DNA of 64,000 nt from Cyanophora paradoxa CCMP329 (Eukaryota > Plantae > Glaucophyta): the NCBI GenBank assembly GCA_004431415.1, contig QPMI01000275.1, positions 10,072-74,071 of the forward strand. Direction: 5' to 3'. Under the pieces are notes generated by a model that was given only the letters and a program-made list of their open reading frames with translations, searched no databases and had not been told where the DNA came from. A program made the translations under genes and the position numbers. How positions within the stretch are numbered: position 1 is the stretch's first letter; each line of letters starts with the position of its first letter. Positions 12,001-23,325 of this stretch are shown here, piece by piece.

Positions 12001-15000
12001 TGAGCTTCAGCTCGGGTGCTGCGCCACTCGGGAATCAGTTGGCGAGCGTCGAACGCGCGTCTGGAGGCGCGTACCTGGTAAGCGAGCATATAGCTGCTGT
12101 TCTGCGGGCAGAGAAAGATCAGGAATCTAGCTCGGGAAGAGCAAGAGCGCAGAGCACGCACGTGCTGGGCGGGCGTAAGAGCCACGAGCTGCAGCTGCAA
12201 GAACCCCGTCATGGACGCTTCTGCGAGGAGGAGCAGATTCTGAGCTTAGAGAGAGACCGACGGTCAGCAAGATCGCAGCGTACGATCCCAGGATCGCGGC
12301 GCCGATGCAGGGCGTGGAGGTCAATCGTTAGAGCCGCGCCGTTCTGGACGCTTCTGCGGCGCGGAGCAGCGGCAGTCCTTAAGACCTCGGAAAGATCGCA
12401 GTTTTAGAAGCACGCACGCACGATTCGAGGATCGCGGGCGCTGCCGGACACGCTGTGTCCTTGGTGTTGGCGCGCGGAGGGCGCCCTGCTTTGCTGCATT
12501 TGATGGAGCTGCTCAAAGGACAGCTGCAGGCCGGTTAGAACGTGAAGTTTCGGGCGAGGGCGGGCAGGCACACGATGAACGTGGCTGACGCGGCGGTGGA
12601 GGCCGATCCTGCTTGAGCTTCGCGGCTGATGCCGGGGAGATGTTATCGTTGGAGCTTGCAGATGAGCATGGGCAAGTGATCATGAGCTGGCAGGACGATG
12701 CGCCGCCACCAGTCGATGTAATGGTTGGAAGCGCGAGAGCGCAGAGTTGAGGTTGAAGCGGCTTTGTTTTGAATAGATTGCTCGTCACGGAAGTTCAGAA
12801 TCGAAGAGCCAGAGGCTGAACGCGGTAAAGATTAGATTGAGGTGCAGAATCGACCGAGGACGAAGTCCACGGGAATGGAACGGAAGAACACCTTATTCGA
12901 CCGAAGACGAAGTCTTCGGGACGCCTACGCGCGTGGACAGTGCACCGGAGATGTCGAGGAGAGCTCATCGCCTGAGGGTAGTCCCTGCCCGTCAGGCTCG
13001 CAGTCGCTCGTCTCATGTATGGCGCGCGTAGGATAGAAGCGAGGGATTTAGATCCCTCGCGGGTGTGGCGGAGGCGCTAGGCGTGCTTCCGTTCAAGAAG
13101 CGGCGGCGTCCCCCGTTCTCGAGGCGCAGAAGAATGCGCGCACCTCGCGGGCGCTGTCGTACGTCAGTTCCCGTACAGAGAGAGGTACGTGCGCTCGCGC
13201 GCTGCCTCTTGGCTCTGTTTCTGCTCCGTGACGAGTCTCAGTGATTTGAGCGGAGCCGTCTTCAGCGGGATTTAGATCTCTGGATTTGGACAGAGTTTAG
13301 CCTAGAGGCTTTTGCCTGCGCGATGCAGGAGCTGCACTCACCGGGCGTGGCCGCGGTGAGGAGCTAAAGGCGCTGCCCGACAGCAATTTGATCGGGAGGC
13401 CAAGACAACGATTCCAGCAGGGAACGAGGCAGGACTCTGAAAAGCGAGTCAGCAGTGTCGGAAAAGAAGGAAAGAAGCCCGAACCGCGGCGGTGGGCGAA
13501 CGATTGACGTGGAGGGGCTTGCCGCCGCCCAGGGCGTTGTCGATAGGCGGGGCATTTCGCATCGTTCTGTGCGGTCGTAAGACTTGAGCGACGGCGCGGG
13601 CGGCGAGGTGTCGGCGTCTGGGCGCACGGAAGCGAAGTTCAAACGCGGCGAATGTGCTTTTTGCAGCAGGGTACGTGACTTTTATAGGACCGGGGGAGGA
13701 GACCCCAGGGGGTACGCTGTTATGCGTGTTGCAATTTGGACCTTGCAAGTTGGGTACATGATTGTATTTTTAAAAAACAAACAACGCCGAGAAGGCTATT
13801 CTTTCGCGCGAGAAAGAGACAGCCGAGGCGCTGCGCGCGCGGCGGGGGGCGGCCGCGCGCGCTGCGCCGAGGCTGTGACCCACCACTAACCCAGCGGAGA
13901 TTTCCGCTCGGCCGCGGCCTGCGAGATTCTCAGTACCAGAGGTAAGGCACGGAAATGAACGGGTTGCGTACGCGTTCAAGCGGAGCTGGAGGCTCCGTCC
14001 GATTAGCCCGACCTGCTGGCGACTGAGTGAGTAGTCGCAGCAGGCCGTGGCCGCCTTCGTATTTTGGATGACTGTTTGGATGACTGTGGGGAGTGGTACA
14101 AAAAGTGCGTATACGTATACACGACTAATTGAAAAACTAGAGGTCGAACGCTAAGCTAAGCAATGATCAATTCGTACATTTTGTAGGTACAACGATGGGC
14201 GCCAGCGGCGGTCGGGGATGGTGGTCTGGCTCAACAGCGGCTCGGAATACGAGGGCGGCTTCACCGAGTTCGTGGTCCGCGATCGCGATCGCCGGCGCCG
14301 TCGTCCCCGGCCCCGGCCCGCGGCCGCGGGCCAGGTCCACGCTGCTCCGAATGATGCTTGGGGCTCCGGCCCATCTGCAAAGTAGAATCTCGGATTCGAG
14401 ATCAAGGGACCGCCTGGCTGGGGTATAAAGTTCGACTTGCTACAGAAGGACTCTCTGTTCTGGTACATCAAACTTCTTACAGTGATACGTTCAGCTTCTT
14501 GTCTTGCCTTTGAATCTGGAGCAGCCACGATTTCGCCGTCCACCGCGCCGGCCAGACGATCCGCGGCCAGAGGAGGTTCGTGGGTATCGAAGCTACAGCC
14601 GGTCAGGCTGGTTTATGCGAGACGAAAAACGTATACTCTTTGCTCAAAAAATTCCGCGCATGTGCAGAGTAATGACCATTTTTATCAACGCACCTTACAC
14701 GTGGATGGAGTCACGGGAAATAAAGGGCCCACAAGGCTACAACAGCACCCTCGCAAACGAGCTACGAGAGAAGTTTCAGCGTGCTAGCGTTAACGTTCAC
14801 GATCGCGATCAAGCGGAGTCGGATCCGGAGTCAGTGCGGGTACCGGATTCGAAGACGGATTCCGATGCGCATTACTTGGATTTCGGGTCTGTGCGGCCAG
14901 AGGTGGGCTAGCTATAGCGCTGTTTCACACGTGCAACTCGGAAAATGCGTGCGGAAATTCAAACGCGCTCCGATCCGCGCAGATCTGGCCGCTACTTAGC

Positions 15001-16125
15001 CAGGAGCAAGTGAGCCATCTGAATGCTGTCTTTTATCAAGAAGACGACGGCGATAAGACTCTCTACAGGAAAGACGTGAACCCTCACGGTGCATCCAGAA
15101 ATATTCGTAATCAATTGCAAATGCGTTCGAATCGCCTCGTCCGTTTGAATAGCATTTAATGCGTTGCTATACAGACCCGCATGAACGTGCTGACGCTGGT
15201 TTGATTCGCACGGTTCCGGTCCGCATGTGCGCAGATGGTCTTTTAGACCACATTGTACGAGACGTATTCGAGACGATCTTGCGAAAACTGGGGCCTTCCT
15301 ACTCATACAATGATCTCTTCACCGCCAGGTTTTACTCGTGTGTAATCCTATATATATATATGTATGGCTAGGCCTCGAACTGCCATCTAGACTGTCATGC
15401 AATATATTTACTGCGGCATTCGCGATCGTAGGCGTCGACCCCCTGCGACGGGACCACCTGCGCCGCCCTTTTGCAAAGAAGAAATTCACATTGACGCGTG
15501 TTGCTCGGACGAGTGCGGTGAATGGTACAGAACGTGAGCTCTTTTACTGATATATACCTGTAGGATGCGAGTACTGCCGAGGTTTCTAAACGTGAGGCTC
15601 TGGGTTGAACGCAGTCACGGCCGCGGCCGGCAGCGGAGGAGCCAGGTCATTGTGTGGCTGAACAACGGTTTCGAGTACGAAGGGGGGCACTCTTCCTTCG
15701 ACGTGAGTTACTTGAACCTGCGATTCTTTGCGGGAACTCAAATTCAAAACGTTAGCTAATGAAAGCGGCCTGCACGCGCCCGGCCAGAACATGGGCCTCC
15801 ACGTCAAGGGGGCCGCGGGGACGGCGCTCAAGTTCGACCTTCTGTCGAACGGCACTCTCCTCTGCGACGACTACGCGGTCCATCAGGAGAGGCCCGTGAC
15901 GCAAGGACTGAAACGGTCCGCAACGTTAACGCGTCCAGTGGCAATGCGCCTACTTAATTCGCTTCAATTATATTTGCGGCGCTGATTAATATTTCGTCTC
16001 TTCGAATTCGAAATCCCCCGTCGCCGCGCAGCATGATGCTCGTGTGGCTGCTCGCGCCACTGGAGTGGATGGAAACACTGGAGGGGCCGGCAGGATACGA
16101 CCGTTCCTTCGCCCTCACGCACTGA
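9016..16125 (+). CDS. Secreted tandem two-domain prolyl-4-hydroxylase-like 2OG-Fe(II) dioxygenase (many exons; one intron expanded by a 3.9-kb insertion)
   Basis: Signal peptide MHTRVIVTLQLVFGLLLFVQPCRP. Domain 1 exons: LLKDLLTADEVNFLIDLS / IIDRLGPSYLYED / YAPENTRTVFANDYHNDA / CCLDDCGEWYKK (10122-10157) / YNDGRQRRSGMVVWLNSGSEYEGGFTEF (from 14187) / IKGPPGWGIKFDLL / CHDFAVHRAGQTIRGQRR / VMTIFINAPYTWME. Domain 2 exons: IWPLLSQEQVSHL / ILRKLGPSYSYND / EIHIDACCSDECGEWYRT / HGRGRQRRSQVIVWLNNGFEYEGGHSSF / VKGAAGTALKFDLLSNGTLLCDDYAVHQERPVTQGLKR / MMLVWLLAPLEWME...stop. Both domains keep the HxD...H iron triad and a distal basic residue. Confidence 0.8.
10125..10203 (+). repeat. 79-bp target-site duplication, left copy (right copy 14072-14150)
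   Basis: ctgtttggatgactgtggggag...ctagaggtcgaacg is identical at both positions. Confidence 0.95.
10204..14065. mobile_element. Non-autonomous intronic retroelement-like insertion with A-B-A structure (1.04-kb direct repeats) and a 79-bp target-site duplication; Penelope-like/retrozyme-like
   Basis: Repeat A at 10204-11245 and 13028-14065, differing only by a few homopolymer indels. Flanked by an exact 79-bp duplication (10125-10203 = 14072-14150) plus a 6-nt filler GGATGA. No TG...CA termini and no RT/integrase ORF. Confidence 0.8.
11362..12163 (+). repeat. Two tandem ~395-bp diverged copies inside the element's B segment
   Basis: 11362-11751 and 11757-12163 share tggaatg...ccgatg(t/c)gcatcagatc...gagcgcagagcacgcacg. 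Confidence 0.9.
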
Positions 16126-17042
16126 CTCCCTAGGCCTGATTATGAGTTCGATAGCATGGGATATATAGGCTGCAGCTGCAGCTGTACGTATACATGTACG
16201 TATACGTGTACATCCGAACCCGACGAGGGCGAGGGCGGAGGGCCCCTGGGGGGGCAGCCCGCGACCGTCCTTCCCGCCCCGCGCGGGGGCCGCATCCCCT
16301 CGGAGCTCTCAGATTGTCCCCGTCCTGAGTGTCATCGCTTCGGGGCAGCTGCAGTCCATCCGTCCCCTCGGGAGGCCCCTTCCGTCAGCAATCGCCTTTC
16401 CCTCGGGCGGCCCCGTCCGTCCGGCTCCAGATCTAGACTCTAGAGGCTAGCGCTCCGGATCCGTCGTGACTCGTGAATTGAACCTTTCGAATGAAGCTCT
16501 GTTCCTATATCTATACCGCACCTGGCCTGTGCTGAATTGTGCACGTGATCGATATCGATTGCAAACATAAAAGTAGTAGTACTAGTACTAGTACAAAGAC
16601 GTCGATGCCGCAGTGCGTCCTGTCTATTGCGACGCGTCCGACGGTCCTAAATGTTAAATGTATAAGGCGTCCTGCTCGTGATCATGATCACTGAGGCAGC
16701 GCACACTAGTAATGCAACGTTAACGCTAACTGTACAGATATCTTGCAATTGCGAGTCAAATCACGAGGGAACACGGAGTCTGAGAGATCTAGAGAGTCAG
16801 GTGACCTTCGATATCGGTCAGATGACTGGTCAAGTGACCCAGTGAGAAGGGAGCGGATGTCTGATCATGGCATCGTGGTCAGTGACGGCGGCTGCTGCAC
16901 CTCAGGCCTCGTCTCAGAGTCTGGATCGGAGCTGCAGCTGATCGGTATCTGGTCCCGAATCTCGAAGTCCGCAGCAGCTATAGCTAGACCAAACGCGCGC
17001 TAGCGAGCGTTCCAGGCAGCGGCGGCGCCCGGCCGGCGAAGG

Positions 17043-17911
17043 ATGCCGAGCCCTTTGACCGCGTTCCTCATTGCGGGGGCGGCTCCGCCCGCCACCCTCT
17101 TTAGCCTCGCGTTCCTCGACTGGGCGGCCGAGAGCCACGCCGAGCGGCCCGACCCCGGCGCCGCCGCGCGCACGCTCTTCCTCTTCGCGTGCGGCGTGTC
17201 GGCCGCCGTCGCCGCGCCCCTCGTCGGCGCTGTGGCCGCCGCGGAGGCCGCCGCGGTCAACGCCGTCGGATTCCGTGCGTAGAAGCGCGCGCCACGCGCG
17301 GCCTCTGAATTCGAATATTCACTGAGTCGACGTCATCTCTCTGAATCTGTGCAGCGGTCTTCATTCCGGCTGCGCTCTGCGCGGCGGGAGCCGAGGCGGC
17401 GAGCCCTGGGGCGGTCGACCGGGCCGGCTGCTGGATCCGCGCCCTGCCCGCCCGCCTCGCGGCCCTCGCGGCCTGGGGCTGGGCCCGGTTGCAATTGGCC
17501 GCGGCCCGTGCGCGGCGGGACGACGGCGGGTTCATTCTGGTCGGGGCGGGGCCCGGCGGGGCCGACGTCGAGCTGCCGCCCCTCGGACCCGAGCCCGAGC
17601 CCGGGGCCGAGCCCGGGGCCACCTCGGCCCCTGGGACCCTCCCGTGGCCAGCCGACTCGATCGCGAGCTCGGAGCTCGAGTGTTCGGCTGCGGCGGCAGG
17701 CGAGGAAGTGGCTGCTGCTGCGGTTGCAATTGACGGCGGGGAGGCGGGGAGCAGTTTCTTCGGAGGCGGGCCCCCGGCGCCGGCCGGCGGCCTGGATCCG
17801 GATGGCGACGTCGACCTGGATCGTTATTTCACTGCCGTCCTGGACAACCTGGGGGCGGCCCGCCGCGGCCTAGCGCCCCGAGCGGGGCTGCAGTCTGTCG
17901 GGGGGTTGTAG
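17043..17911 (+). CDS. Hypothetical two-exon protein with hydrophobic N-terminal helices and an acidic C-terminus
   Basis: ATG at 17043. A GT-AG intron at ~17275-17354 joins in frame to ORF 17489-17911. GC3-rich codons. No recognised domain. Confidence 0.55.
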
Positions 17912-18635
17912 CGTGATATGTTGAATGCACGCTTAATTATAAGGACCCGGGCCCGGCGGCTTGCGCATGCAATTGATCATGAGCTCGAGACCCTCTGTTT
18001 GAATTTCTGCACATATATAATCGATATCGAGATCTCATGATCAGCATACATCTAGATTTATGATCTAGAAGATCTTCATCCGATGATCAGCTCGCTAGAG
18101 CCAAACTCTCGAACGCGCTGATTTCGCAATTTAGTGACCATGCATGCATATGATAATGATCATGATCAGTCATCGGGAAGGCAGTAATTATTATTCATTG
18201 AACGGAATGCATATGTGTTCTAGGCCTAATATTGTACACTGCAGCTGTGACATCGCATCTATTTCTTGAGAGACTGCGTTCGAAGAAATACGAAAATACG
18301 AGAGAAGAGCGCCGTCGCCCTTCCACTTGTACATGGACACTGTCACATTGAATTTAGATATAGTTCTTGAGAGACTACAGGTCATGGAAATGACGCATAC
18401 GTACTCTGCGCTTCAAAATTTAAATGCTCTAGGTCTAGATGTAGTGATTACATATGACTCGCTATAAAAATCGAATGCGAGCCGCGCGGCTCGACTTCTA
18501 CAAGTACAGTGGCGAAAGAGCTGATATGAATAAGCTGAAGAATCAGATATCGATGGACACCGCTTAAAAAGGGGATTCATCTCGCGGGCCTGTAGCTATA
18601 ACCAGCTACGTATTAGAATTTCGAGCGAGGCCGGC

Positions 18636-21600
18636 CTAGAACGCGAAGCGCTGGTCGGCCTTGAACCCGAGCTTGTCGAGGTTGGGGATGCACGCGAGGT
18701 TGATCATGGGGGCCGGCCCGCACATGAAGACCAGCGCGTCGTCGCCCGCCGCCGGCATGTGCGCCCTGCACGCATGCCAGAGCCAGATCAGACCAGCAAA
18801 CGACAAAGTAAACGATATCTTAATATATAAGACGCACGCGAGCATGGCGTGGTCGATGAAGCCGGTGGAGTAGGGCCAGGGCTTGCCGCCCTCCGGGGCG
18901 CGGTCGACGGTGTACCAGACGCGCACGCGCCCCGGGTGCGCCGCCGCCATCGCGTCCAGCTCGGAGCGCAGCAGGATGTCTGCGGGGCATGCCTCCGGAG
19001 TGAGAAACGAGAAGCGAGGAGGAGGAGGAGGAGGAGGAGCTTAAGCTGCTTAATAGAAAGCTTATGTCTGCTTAAGCGAGAAGAGGAGCTTTTGTCTGCG
19101 GGGGCGGCGGCGGCGGGATCCCGCAGCGAGAAACGATAAGTGAGGCGAGGCTTAAGCTGCTTATTGAAGCTGCTTTAATTTCATGAGATCAAAGCGCTGC
19201 GCTGTGCTGACCGGCCTCGGTCTGGTTGCCGTAGAGGAGGAAGATCTCGGTGCGGTCCTCGGGGTCCGCCAGCATCGCCTTGGCCACCTGAGGCGAGGCG
19301 AGACGAGCGTAAGCTTAAAGAAAGGCGCTTCAAATAAGAGAAGCGTAGGGACCTGGTACATGGGGGTGATGCCGGTGCCGCCGGCGATCATCCCGACGCG
19401 CCTCGCCGAGTGCGGCTTGTCCTCGATCTCGAAGCGCCCGCGGCCCTTGTACGTGATCTCGCCCGTCGGTCCCTTCACGTCCACCGTGTCCCCGATCGCG
19501 AGCGACTCGAGGTGCTGCGAGAAGGCGCCGCCCTCGGGGAAGCGCGGGTTCGCGTTCTTGAAGTAGACCTGTACATGTGTTAATAAAAAGAAGATTTAAA
19601 GGAGACGGATCTCTGTGTTTTTCAATGGTCCCGGACCTTGACGACGAGGTCGAAGTAGCCCTTGACCTCGTCCGCCGTGGTCGGCGTGTACGCGCGCATG
19701 ACCGGCTTGCCGTTGACCTGCGGCCGAGGCGGGGGGCGATCAGAAACGCTCTACTTGGCCGCACGAACGAAAAGCTAAACCTACTAAACCTAGAACTAAT
19801 CAAAAGCTTATTAAGGGCGCACGGTGGCGGAGAGGAACATGTGCTGGCCGACGGGGAGGCCGAGGACGTGGTCCGGCGAGGGCAGCGCGAAGCGGAAGCG
19901 CCGCGTGTCGTGGCTCAGCACCACCTGAAAATTTAAGCAAGTCAGTCAACAAGTCATACAAGAGGGCGGGCGCGGGCGCGCGCGCGGGCGCGGGCGCGCC
20001 TTCTCGATGAGCTTGACGGCGACCTTCTTCTTAGGGTCCAGCGTCACCGGCGAGGAGGACCCCGAGGCCGAGGAGGACGAGGCCGGGGCGGCCGAGGCGG
20101 AGGAGGAGGCGGGGGCGGCCGCGCCGCGCAACCAGGTGGGGAGCGCCGGGCACTGCGGGCACGGGCGAGGCTCGGTTGGCGAACGGAGGAGATCTAGAGC
20201 TCGGTGGGGAAGGGTGGGTACCTTGGGGTTGGGGAGGTAGTCGCCGTCGACGTTGCCGACGTACCAGTCGACGAGCATGTCCCACGCCTTCTTGCTGTGG
20301 ATCGCCTCGAACTCCTCCGTCGTGTCCGTGCCTGGGCTCCAGTTCAGTTGTTGGCTCGGATCAAATCGATCGGGCCGGCTTAGTGAGCTTTGAACTAAAT
20401 GAATATAGGCACCGGCGTTGATGGTGATGGACTTGGCGCCTCCCGGGTGCTCCTTGAGGAACTTGGTGCAGTCGTACACCTGATTACAGAAGATAAGAAG
20501 CGTTAGTTGAAGGATGATAAATAGAGCCAGCTAGATAGTTAAATAGGTAGATAGATATGTGTGCACCTTGTTTGAGACGATGATCCAGCAGTCCTCGGGC
20601 GTGTTGTGCTTCTCAATCTGCCGCGGAGAAGACGCGTCAAATCAAGGGGGCGGAACAGTACTAAGGGGCGGCTCGCCCACCTCGGCCATGGTCAGCTTGT
20701 GCGCAGAGGCGGCGGGGGCGGCGGCGGGGGCGGAGGCGGCGGCGGGGGCGGCGGCGGGGGCGGCGGGAGCGGCAGGGGCGGCAGGGGCGGAGGAGGGGAG
20801 GGGCTGCGGGGCCGAGGCGGCGGGGCTCTTGGGGTCCGGGTGGCGGAGCATCCAGCCGCCCGGCTGGTTGCCGGCCTGCGTCGGGTGCTCGAACCAGACC
20901 GCCAGCTCCCCGCTCGCCGTCCGCGTCGGGTGGACCTGCCTCGCAAGTTAAGCTAAGGCTTCTAAGAGAATCAATTGGAGATCCTTCTAATAAATCAGTA
21001 TAAGAACCTTGACGCGGAAGTAGGCGTTGTTGCCCATGCCCATGAGGTTCCAGGTCACGCGCTCCGGCTGCCCGTTGTTCGACTCGTCCCACGCCCGAAC
21101 CTGCGAACGAAGGGGCGGCGTCAGAGGGGCGCGGGCGCTGCGAACGAAGGGCCGGGGCGGCCCGGACCATCAGCTCGCGGCAGCGGAGTAGGACGAGGGG
21201 GTCCGCCTCGTGCTCCCAGAGGACCCAGCACCAGTGGCGCCCCTTGCGGTTCGGCTTCTCGTGCGCGTTGACCTTGGCGTGCTCCCACGTCGCCCCGTCG
21301 TCCAGGCTCACCTCCACGCGCGTCACCCGCCGGCCCCCGCCCGTGTAGGCGTACCCCGCGAGCCGCAGCGGGCCCGGCTGCCCGCCGAACGAGACGAGGT
21401 CGCCGTGGGCCGGCGCCCAGAAGGCCGAGTTGATGTTCAGCTCGTTGAAGATGTAGTCGGGCTTGTACCACCAGCCTGAGCAGCAAAGAAACATAATCTT
21501 CAGCCGAGGACCTCGACGCGTTCGCATCGGAGAGATTAAAGCGCACCCTCGGCGTTCGCCTTCTCCGAGTCGACGTGCGGCGGCATGATCCGGTTGTCGA

Positions 21601-22782
21601 AGAAGTGATCTGAGATCGAGACCGGAAGGATGGATCTTATAAGCGGCAGATCCAAATACAAAGGTGGAAAAGCTAAAGCGCACAGTAGTTCTGCGTCTCG
21701 TCGCCCGAGACGTGGATGGAGCAGAGCCACTTGACCATGCGGCCGCCGATCCAGCCCGGGATGATGATGCGGATGGGGTACCCGTGGTCCGGGTGCAGGA
21801 TCTCCCCGTTCTGCTTGTACGCAAGGATCACGTCGCAGTCCTGAGGGGAGTACACGCTCGTCAGGGGAGGGGAGGGGGGTAGGGACAGAATCGAGGGGGG
21901 CGGGGAGGGGGGTACCGCACCGGATCCATGGCCATGTGGATCGGGATCTGGGTGCCGTAGGTGCCGTCCGAGCCCTTCGGGAGCTGCGGGGGAGACGGGG
22001 TACATGAGTTTCGGGGGGTGCGGGGTACACGAGTTTCCCCGCGGCCGCGGGGGCGAGCCGTGGCCGGCGCACCTCGGCGCGGGGCCCGGCAAAGTGGACC
22101 CAGCGGGCGTTCGTCTCGTCGATGCCGCAGGCGCGGAGGACGTCGCAGAGGCGCGCGCCCGTCCACACGTTCGTGCTTACGCCCGAAGAGCCCCAGTTGA
22201 AGCCCTGCGCGCACGCGGGCGCCCGCCCGAGTCAGCGCGAGCTCGCGCGCGAGATCGAAAGGGGGACGGCGCGGGGGCGGGCGCACGATCGTCTGCTTGA
22301 CCATGTTCTCCTCCTTGCGGCGGTTGCCGGCGCAGACGAGCGTGACCGGGAGCGAGTGCTCGGGCAGAGCCGCGAGGTCGTCCATAGAGAACGAGCGCGG
22401 CGCGGCCAGGAGCCCCGTCACGTCGACGCGGTGCGTCGCCCAGTCCAGACGCGGCACCTGCGCGGCCACGATATGAGCTGATGCCTGAGCCGACGCTGAG
22501 CTGGGGCGAGCGCACGGCGCCGTGGTTCCGGACGTAGTGGAGCGGGACGGAGGTGATGAATCCGTCCTCGCGCAGGGCGTGGACGGGCGCCTCGCAGTTG
22601 AACGGGTGGCGCCCCGTGAGGCGCACGAGCTCCGGGTGGCGCCCCACCCACTCGTCGGGCGTGCCCACGTCGCGCGCGTCAACCGGCAGCTGCCGCGGCG
22701 CCCGCGGCGGCTTCGCGCTCGCCGCGAAGGCCGCGTCGGTGGCGAGCGGCATGGCGGGCATCTCGTTCGGGAGCGGCGGCAT
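18636..22782 (-). CDS. NIA: Assimilatory NAD(P)H nitrate reductase (Moco, dimerisation, cytochrome b5, FAD and NAD(P)H domains), multi-exon
   Basis: [118 protein letters not shown] (b5), [36 protein letters not shown]. Stop TAG at 18636. Confidence 0.97.
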
Positions 22783-23325
22783 CGCTGTCGCTGGCGCGGC
22801 GGTGCGCGGCGGAACGCCGTGCGGTGCTGCTGCTAGAGGCTGAGGTTTCGCGCGCCCGAGCGGCGGCGGAGGCGGCTGGCTGCTGCGCGTCGGGCTGGGC
22901 GCTACGGCTAAGGCGACAGCGAGGCTAGCGGTGCAACCTATGGTGAAGGCAGCTCTCTTCGCGAATGACGCCGATCGGCGCGCCGAAGCACCCGAGGCAT
23001 CCCGCTCCTTGCTGCTGGCCCTGGCTGAGAGAGGAGGCAAAGGGGCAAAGCTGGGGCAACCTCCACTCGCGAACCGGCGGACGGGGGGAGGAAGGAGGGG
23101 GGGAGGAGGCCGAGGGCGAACGAAGGCGGGGGGAGAAGCCCGACTGGGTGCCTCGGAAGGCCAACAGCAAGGAAAGCACCCTGGAAGGCCAACAGCATGG
23201 CTCCCTTCGGCGAGGGACCACCCAGCTGCAGCATACTGTAGCAGCATTCGCGCCTTAACGCTCGCTCAATCCTCACCGAGCGCGCCGCCCCTAGAGCCTG
23301 CTGTCGCCCGCCCTGAGCGACGTCA
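22783..23325. promoter_or_regulatory. Putative bidirectional promoter shared by nitrate reductase and NRT2
   Basis: 543 bp between divergent start codons of two genes of the same pathway. No specific cis element was identified. Confidence 0.65.

Noticed and set aside
10540-13979. Short ORFs in the element as transposase or RT
   Set aside because: No RT (YxDD), integrase or nuclease motifs, and the frames differ between the two A copies.
10204-14065. Classification as a standard LTR retrotransposon or TRIM/LARD
   Set aside because: No TG...CA ends, no evident PBS/PPT, and the target duplication is 79 bp rather than 4-6 bp.
22177-23247. Long N-terminal extension of nitrate reductase from the ORF track
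   Set aside because: It starts at a non-ATG codon. The first in-frame ATG is at 22782, and the upstream part is better explained as UTR/promoter.
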